Source: Myxococcota bacterium (GTDB taxonomy: Bacteria; Myxococcota_A; UBA9160; UBA4427). From it: a stretch of 64,000 nucleotides of DNA. Every line of letters begins with the position of its first letter. Positions within the stretch are counted from its first letter, which is position 1. The stretch lies in assembly GCA_965250285.1 (NCBI GenBank), contig OZ252299.1, positions 4,640,001 to 4,704,000 of the forward strand, written 5' to 3'. The position numbers and the translations under genes are program-made. Below, piece after piece: positions 58,400 through 64,000 of the stretch. The notes beneath the pieces are model-generated. The model saw only the letters and a list, made by a program, of their open reading frames with translations, did no database searches and had not been told where the DNA came from.

Positions 58400-58945
58400 T
58401 CAATGCCGATAGCCGCTCGGGTCGTCTTCGGTCTCGTCGAAGACACCGAACTCGGTCGGGTCGCCCGACGGCTCAGCCGGTCGCGGGCCATACGTCTCGC
58501 TCAGGTACTTCGACTTCTGCACCTGAAGACGATCGAGGAACGTCGCCAGCGTCGTGGTGCGCGCGTCTTCTCGGAAGACGATGCGCTTGCCCTCGCACGG
58601 GAAGACGATGAAGTGTCCGCTGCGTGCGCGCAGGCCGAAGAGCGAGAAGATCAGAGCGGCCGCAGCCAGCACCATCGGCGCAGCGGGCACCGCGGCGTCG
58701 GGCTGCGCGAGCGGCTGCAGCGCCAGGAGCAGCGCCGCGAAGCCCGCCGTGACGGCGACGGTCCACGACCGCGAGATGCGCGTCTCGCGGATCGGGTCGT
58801 CGGGGATCGACTCGAACGGGACACGCGTGGAGCTGCGCGTCAGCAGCGATCGCTGTTCGTAGATCAGACCGTCGTCGAGAAGCTCGCAGGCGGCCCGCCA
58901 ATGCAGCCGCTTCTGGACGATCCGATCGCGTTCCAGGTCACTCAT
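58400..58945 (-). CDS. Hypothetical two-TM membrane protein
   Basis: ORF with two hydrophobic segments. Confidence 0.65.
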   Translation of the reverse strand: MSDLERDRIVQKRLHWRAACELLDDGLIYEQRSLLTRSSTRVPFESIPDDPIRETRISRSWTVAVTAGFAALLLALQPLAQPDAAVPAAPMVLAAAALIFSLFGLRARSGHFIVFPCEGKRIVFREDARTTTLATFLDRLQVQKSKYLSETYGPRPAEPSGDPTEFGVFDETEDDPSGYRH

Positions 58946-59252
58946 CGACGCGCGTCTCTGCCCCTCGTGAAGTGGACCGTTCCGGCCTGATTTCGGCCTC
59001 GGTCGACGAAGGGCAAGCTATCACAGACGGCTCGGCGCGTCGCTCGTCGGGCCCGCAGGGCAGAGTCACGGGCCGCTCGCGCCGCGCGAACGCTGCGACG
59101 GTCTGGCGCGCGGCCCGCAGGGCGCCGCGACCGGCAAGTGCCGTGCGAATCGGACGGCAACGACACAATCTCCATGTGAGAATGACCCAGATGCCCACCG
59201 ACGACGCGCATCAGGGTGGCCGGCCGGGCCGTAGCCTTCGAGGGAGCACGGC

Positions 59253-59600
59253 ATGAAGCGAGACGACTCGTCACCGGATGCCTATCGAGCGTCGGTCGAC
59301 GGCAAACAGCGCAAGGTGCTCGAAGCCGTCCGCAATGTGGTGCGCGCCGCCGCACCGGCGATCGAAGAGGGCATCCGCTACGGCATGCTCGACTATCCCG
59401 GCCTCGCGAACCTCGCCGCGCAGAAGCAATACGTGAGCCTGTACGTGGCGCCCGCCGTGCTCGCGCGCCACGCCGCCGACTTCAAGGGCATCGATCACGG
59501 CAAGAGCTGTCTACGCTTCAAGCGAATCGATCAGGTCGATGAAGCCGCGCTGCGTTCGCTGCTCGACGACGTGCTCGCCGAGCGTGCTGGCAGTGACTGA
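59253..59600 (+). CDS. DUF1801 (YdhG-like) domain protein
   Basis: IEEGIRYGM, AAQKQYVSLY, GKSCLRF; GGGAG RBS. Confidence 0.88.
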   Translation: MKRDDSSPDAYRASVDGKQRKVLEAVRNVVRAAAPAIEEGIRYGMLDYPGLANLAAQKQYVSLYVAPAVLARHAADFKGIDHGKSCLRFKRIDQVDEAALRSLLDDVLAERAGSD

Positions 59601-60220
59601 TCGACCGCGAAGCGTTCGACCTCGGCCCGCGTGCGCAGCACGACGAGGTCGAGCGGCGCGAACGCGCGCGACTGCGCAAGCGCCGGAATGCGCCGCCGGT
59701 TGCGCGCCCAGGTGCGCACCACCCAGTATGGAATCCACTCGGCGTCGAGGAACCCGAGCCACGGTTCTCGGTTGTCGCCACAAACGGGCTCGCGCAACAA
59801 GGTGCGCCGAGCCGTCCGCCGGGTCGCACGCGAAAACGTGAGCACAAACGACAGGTCGAGCCAGACCAACGTCGTCGCGCGTCGCCAGACGATGTCGCGA
59901 ACGGCCGAATAGTTGCCGGCACACACCCAGCGTGCCGGCTCGAGAGCGACGTCGACCTTGCGACGAAAGGCATCGGTCGAATCGGTCGACCAGCCCGGCC
60001 CCCAGTGCAGCTCGTCGAGCTCGACGCGGGGGCATTCGAGCGACGTCGCGAGTCGGCCAGCGAGCGTCGACTTGCCCGAGCAGCTCGTGCCGACGACGGC
60101 GATGCGAGCGAGGTCGGGCCTCGGCGCGGTGCCTGCGGTGTGCGCTCTCGCCATCGAGATCCCCTCGCGGGCTTCGCGTGGACCGCCGTCGGTGCGCGCG
60201 GCGGCGCGATCACGGCTCAT
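59531..60220 (-). CDS. Adenylate kinase-like/topology modulation (FlaR-like) P-loop protein
   Basis: IAVVGTSCSGKSTLA, ELDELHWGPGW, WVCAGNY, LVWLDL. Start is ATG 60220 or 60154. Confidence 0.85.
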   Translation of the reverse strand: MSRDRAAARTDGGPREAREGISMARAHTAGTAPRPDLARIAVVGTSCSGKSTLAGRLATSLECPRVELDELHWGPGWSTDSTDAFRRKVDVALEPARWVCAGNYSAVRDIVWRRATTLVWLDLSFVLTFSRATRRTARRTLLREPVCGDNREPWLGFLDAEWIPYWVVRTWARNRRRIPALAQSRAFAPLDLVVLRTRAEVERFAVDQSLPARSASTSSSSERSAASST

Positions 60221-60225
60221 GCGCG

Positions 60226-60403
60226 CGTGTCGCTCTCGCAGCCGCTCCCTGCGCGGTCGCCCGTGTCGCTGTCGCAGCCGCTACCGGCGCGTGCGCTCGT
60301 GCAGCTGGCGCAAGCGCTTCTTCACCGGCGCGTGCGCTCGTGCAGCTGGCGCAGGCGCCTCTTCACCGGCGCGTCCGCTCGTGCAGCTGTCGCAGCCGCT
60401 TCT
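60226..60403 (-). repeat. Five-copy array of the MOSC gene 3' end (three copies at 41-bp period, two degenerate copies at 36-bp period)
   Basis: Stops at 60363 (TGA), 60322 (TGA) and 60281 (TAG); three frames all end in RLRQLHERTRR. Confidence 0.92.
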
Positions 60404-61028
60404 TCCACTCGTCCGACAGCTCGGGCACCGCTTCGAGCTCGGCGACCAGGGCCGCGTCGCGGGCGTCGCGGAGCATCGCGCGCGAGAGCGCCTGCATCGA
60501 CCACGTCTCGTTCGTTCGAAGCTCGAGCTGCCACGCATCGCCGGCCGCGATCTCGCCCGGTTCGAGCACGCGCAGGTAGTACCCGGTGCGAAGCTCCTCG
60601 ATCATCCACTTCAGCAGCTTCGGCAGGCCCGCATTGCGGCCGGGATACCCGCAGCGCTCGGTCGGCATGGTGATCTGCAGCTTCGCGCCGCCGACGCGGA
60701 TCACGTCGCCGACGTGCGCGAGCTCGTCGGGGAAGCCGCGCAGGGTCAGGTTCTCCCCAGCGACGGGTGTGTCGATCGGGCGACCGGCGCGGGCCTCGAA
60801 TGCGTCGTAGTGCTCGCGGGCGAAGACGTGCACGGCCCGGTCCGGGCCGCCGTGGGCGGGGTCGTGCTGCTCGTCGCCGACGAAGCCGAGGGGCTCGACC
60901 CGAACCGGGCCCGACTGCGCGCGCTTGCGAATCGCGCTCGTGCGCTCTTCGCCGTCGGGCAACGTGAACGTCTCGACGCGTGCGACGTGCAGCGCCTCCA
61001 CCCGTGCACCGGGCTCGGGGCGGGGCAC
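60363..61028 (-). CDS. MOSC domain protein (YiiM-like, with 3-alpha tail)
   Basis: SAIRK, GDEQ, HGGPDRAV, GENLT, PTERC, TGYYLRVLEPG. Confidence 0.9.
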   Translation of the reverse strand: MPRPEPGARVEALHVARVETFTLPDGEERTSAIRKRAQSGPVRVEPLGFVGDEQHDPAHGGPDRAVHVFAREHYDAFEARAGRPIDTPVAGENLTLRGFPDELAHVGDVIRVGGAKLQITMPTERCGYPGRNAGLPKLLKWMIEELRTGYYLRVLEPGEIAAGDAWQLELRTNETWSMQALSRAMLRDARDAALVAELEAVPELSDEWKKRLRQLHERTRR

Positions 61029-61033
61029 GACGA

Positions 61034-61312
61034 CTAGATCCCGAGGTTGCTGAGCGCGTCGATCACCCGGCCCACCGCGTGGGTGAGCACCGGATGAGCC
61101 TCTTCGAAATCGTCGGTGGCCTCACGCAGCTGCTCGGCGAGGGTCTCGTGGTCGGGCTCGTCGTCGACGCCCTCTTCGCGATCGAGCAGGCGCGCCACCT
61201 GGCCGAGCAGCGCTTCGAGGCTCGCGCGCTCTTCGTCGCCGAGATGGTCGGCGCCCGTGAGCTGCTCTTGAAGGTGGTCGACGCTCTCTTTGAGTCGGGT
61301 CAGGGGGGCCAT
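61034..61312 (-). CDS. DUF4404-like helical protein
   Basis: FEEAHPVL...IDALSNLGI. Confidence 0.8.
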   Translation of the reverse strand: MAPLTRLKESVDHLQEQLTGADHLGDEERASLEALLGQVARLLDREEGVDDEPDHETLAEQLREATDDFEEAHPVLTHAVGRVIDALSNLGI

Positions 61313-61365
61313 GGCCGGAACCTATCACAGGGCGCCTCGGCCCGGCCTGCGGCCAGGCCGCGCCG

Positions 61366-61929
61366 TCACACGACCTCGAGCGGCACGTGTGCCCCCGGTG
61401 CGGCCTCGACGGCGATCGCGTCGCCGGGGGCCACGCGCCCGCCCACGTGGACGACGCACATGATGCCGGCCCTTCGCTCGAGCCCCCCGGCGTCGTCTTC
61501 GACCCGCGTCGCGGCCATCAGCCCGGGCTGCAAGCCGTTCAGCTGTCCGCACGGATTGCGCAGACCCGTCACCTCGAGATCGACGGTCTCGCCGATGAGC
61601 AGGCGGGTGCCGCGCCCGAGTCCGAGCAGATCGAGGCCCCGTGTCGTCAGGTTCTCGCCCATCTCACCCGGCGCGAGCTCGAACCCGTGATCGCGCCGCA
61701 GCTCGTCGAAGAGCTCGGCATGGATCAGATGCACCTGGCGAAGGTTCGGCTGGGTCGGGTCGGCCGCAACGCGGCTTCGGTGCTTCACGGTGGTGCCGCG
61801 GTGGGCATCGCCCACGACGCCCTCGCCCGCGACCAGCTCGATCTCGGTCTGGAGCGGCTTCGACATCGTGTGGGCCGCGCTGCACGCGACGGCGATGACG
61901 CGCGGCAGATCGGATCGGGTCGCGGGCAT
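61366..61929 (-). CDS. MOSC domain protein
   Basis: GVVGDAH, PNLRQVHLI, GENLTT, GLRNPC, GIMCVV. Confidence 0.9.
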   Translation of the reverse strand: MPATRSDLPRVIAVACSAAHTMSKPLQTEIELVAGEGVVGDAHRGTTVKHRSRVAADPTQPNLRQVHLIHAELFDELRRDHGFELAPGEMGENLTTRGLDLLGLGRGTRLLIGETVDLEVTGLRNPCGQLNGLQPGLMAATRVEDDAGGLERRAGIMCVVHVGGRVAPGDAIAVEAAPGAHVPLEVV

Positions 61930-61943
61930 GTCGACCAGATGCC

Positions 61944-62159
61944 ACGCCGCCCGCGAGGATTCGGGCCGCGCTCGACCAAACGCCGCCCGCGAGGGTTGGG
62001 GCCGCGCTCGATCAGACGCCGCCCGCGAGGGTTGGGGCCGCGCTCGATCAGACGCCGCCCGCGAGGGTTGGGGCCGCGCTCGATCAGACGCCGCCCGCGA
62101 GGATTAGGGCCCTCTTCGACCCGACGCCGCCTGCGAGGGTCTGGCCCGCGCTCGATCAG
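61944..62159. repeat. 6 x 36-bp tandem repeat filling the gap between the lipoprotein stop and the MOSC start
   Basis: ACGCCGCCCGCGAGGGTTGGGGCCGCGCTCGATCAG; units 2-4 identical, no spacers. Confidence 0.93.
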
Positions 62160-62995
62160 CCGCCGAGCGCGGCGCGCACGGCTTCGAGGGTCGACGCGTC
62201 GGGGGGGCCCTCGACGAGGATGCGTCCTTCGTCGGTGGCGAGACGGACGAAGGGTCGAGGGGTGCCGGGCTCGAGCATGGCGGCGAGGTACGACTTCGCC
62301 ATCGGCGTCATCAAGAAGGGATCGTTCCAGCCACCCGCCTTCAGATCCATCGCAACGTCGCCGTCGAGCTCGTCCGTGACGGGGATGAACGTGGTCAGCC
62401 GGAGATCGCCGGCCCGCTCGGCCTCGGTCGCAAAATCGGTCAGGGCCGCGACATCGGAGCGAGCTGCATCGGCGAACACGAGCAGCAGGCGTCCACCGCG
62501 CACTGCATCGAGATCGAGCTTCGTCGGTCTGAGATGGTCACCGTCGATGTCGACGATGCGATTCGACAGCATGCCGAGCAGATTCGGCTGGGTCTTCGTC
62601 GCGGGCCCTGCGCGCAGGCGTTGGGCCTCGCTCGCGAAGTTCGTCATCGAGACCGGGACGGTGTGCGGACCCTGGCGGCCGAAGTCGACTCGCACGTCGC
62701 CGTTCTCGCGCATGAAGATCACCACGCCGGGCCGCTTCGGCTTGACCAGCACGGCGCCCGACTCGTCGAGCAGGGGCTCCTCGAGCCAGACCCGGGTGGG
62801 CCAGAACGCTTCGTCGGCGAAGAGCTGAGCACGGCGGGCTGCGAGTGCATCGTCGGCTGCCGTCGAGACCGTCGGCTCCGGGGAGGTCGCCTCGCGCGTC
62901 GAGGCTTCATCGTCTCGGGGCGCGCAGGCGACCGCCAGCGCGGCATGGAGACCGCATACGAAGGCGAGGAGCTGGAAGGCAGTGCGTCGTTTCAT
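62156..62995 (-). CDS. Hypothetical lipoprotein
   Basis: MKRR...LAVAC lipobox. Confidence 0.75.
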   Translation of the reverse strand: MKRRTAFQLLAFVCGLHAALAVACAPRDDEASTREATSPEPTVSTAADDALAARRAQLFADEAFWPTRVWLEEPLLDESGAVLVKPKRPGVVIFMRENGDVRVDFGRQGPHTVPVSMTNFASEAQRLRAGPATKTQPNLLGMLSNRIVDIDGDHLRPTKLDLDAVRGGRLLLVFADAARSDVAALTDFATEAERAGDLRLTTFIPVTDELDGDVAMDLKAGGWNDPFLMTPMAKSYLAAMLEPGTPRPFVRLATDEGRILVEGPPDASTLEAVRAALGG

Positions 62996-63067
62996 GCGTC
63001 CGGGATCATAGAGAGAAGGGCCGAAAGTGCCGCACCGGCTTCGACCGAAGCTGCGCGCGCCACCGAG

Positions 63068-63101
63068 ACGAAAGGGGCCGCCACCCGAAGGTGACGGCCC
63101 C
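63068..63101 (-). terminator. Rho-independent terminator after the PEP-CTERM gene
   Basis: Minus strand GGGGCCGTCACC-TTCG-GGTGGCGGCCCC followed by TTTCGT. Confidence 0.8.
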
Positions 63102-63159
63102 CGACTCTTGCTGCTCGTTCGTCCTCGAGTCCGTAGGACCCGAGAGACCGAGACCTGCG

Positions 63160-63921
63160 CTAAGCGCGAGCTCGGCGGCGAACGAGGGCCACGAGGCCCA
63201 CGAGGCCGGCGAGGAGCTGGGCGCCCATGGCCGGCTCGGGCACGGCGATCACGTCGAGCGAGACGTTGTCGATCGCCACGCGCTCATCTCCCACGTTGGG
63301 GAGCGTGATGCGAGCACACGCGTTCTCGAAGGCCAGCTTCGGGAACTCGACCGTGTACGCGTCGGCCTGGCCATCGACGTTCACCGAGCCTGCGCTGGCG
63401 TAGCTGACGCAGTCTCCGGCGAACTCGACATCCACGGTCGCCGAGCTGGCACCCACGACCTGGCCGGCGAAGCTGATCGACCAGCCGTAGCCGCCCTGCC
63501 CCACACCCAGCGGCGTGAGGTCGCCCTCGAAGATGACGTTGCCCGCGCCGCTGTCGGCGGTGACCGCCATCGGCAGGGTGAACGTCTGACCTTCGAGCTG
63601 CAGGGTCGTGAACGAGTTGAAGCCGCGCTGGTTGGCGTCCTGGGCCGTACCGCCGGTGGCACCGGTTCGGTTGCCCGCACGCACGTCACCACCTCGGGTG
63701 ATGAGGTTCGTGAGGGTCGCCTGGCCGTACAGCGCCGATTCGGAACCGGCGCCGCCCGTGGGATCGAAGGACGAGTAGTTCGCGTCCACCGCCCCCGCCG
63801 GCGTGAGACCATCGGACGCGAAGTCCGAGAAGTCCCAGCCCGCGACCTCGACCGCCTGGCTCGACCCGGCCAGGATGGCCGAGATCGCGACGGTCAGAGC
63901 GATTGCGAGTAGTGATCTCAT
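63160..63921 (-). CDS. PEP-CTERM sorting-domain surface protein
   Basis: Signal peptide; C-terminal VPEP + TM + RRRAR; AGGAG RBS. Confidence 0.9.
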   Translation of the reverse strand: MRSLLAIALTVAISAILAGSSQAVEVAGWDFSDFASDGLTPAGAVDANYSSFDPTGGAGSESALYGQATLTNLITRGGDVRAGNRTGATGGTAQDANQRGFNSFTTLQLEGQTFTLPMAVTADSGAGNVIFEGDLTPLGVGQGGYGWSISFAGQVVGASSATVDVEFAGDCVSYASAGSVNVDGQADAYTVEFPKLAFENACARITLPNVGDERVAIDNVSLDVIAVPEPAMGAQLLAGLVGLVALVRRRARA

Positions 63922-64000
63922 GTTCGAGATGCTCCTGAGTTGGGTGTTCGACCGTCGTTGACTAGAAGAGCCCACACGCGTCGGCAGCGGTCCAGCCGTC

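Noticed and set aside
61944..62159. CRISPR array (36-bp repeats)
   Set aside because: Units are head-to-tail with no unique spacers, and no cas genes are in the window. The same applies to the 41- and 42-bp arrays.

Overview
A 64 kb, high-GC (about 70% by eye), gene-dense bacterial chromosomal segment. The gene content (ExeA/ExeB, PEP-CTERM protein, LemA/TPM, RegB/RegA, sigma-54 regulator, many lipoproteins) fits a diderm bacterium, possibly Myxococcota/Deltaproteobacteria-like; this is inference only. About 60 CDSs cover cell envelope, signalling, lipid/CoA metabolism, redox and Moco enzymes, and small hypothetical proteins. I saw no rRNA, tRNA, CRISPR array, transposase or integrase. The most unusual signal is non-genic: several unrelated genes have tandem repeats anchored at their stop codon. 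At three loci (about 25.8, 47.5 and 60.3 kb) the repeat copies the gene's own 3' end with the same 41-bp period. Each extra copy is a 14-codon mini-ORF overlapping the previous stop by NTGA, and many of the differences between copies are synonymous. At 47.5 kb the chain links one gene to the start of the next. Other highlights are an in-frame amber codon splitting exeB, a tandem pair of ArsA/Get3-like ATPases next to a His-Pro/Zn-ribbon protein, a Rieske oxygenase-like protein with inverted domain order, a Rieske-ThDP enzyme fusion, and a TfoX domain fused to a histone H1-like tail. Family assignments come from motif recognition by eye, not database searches.
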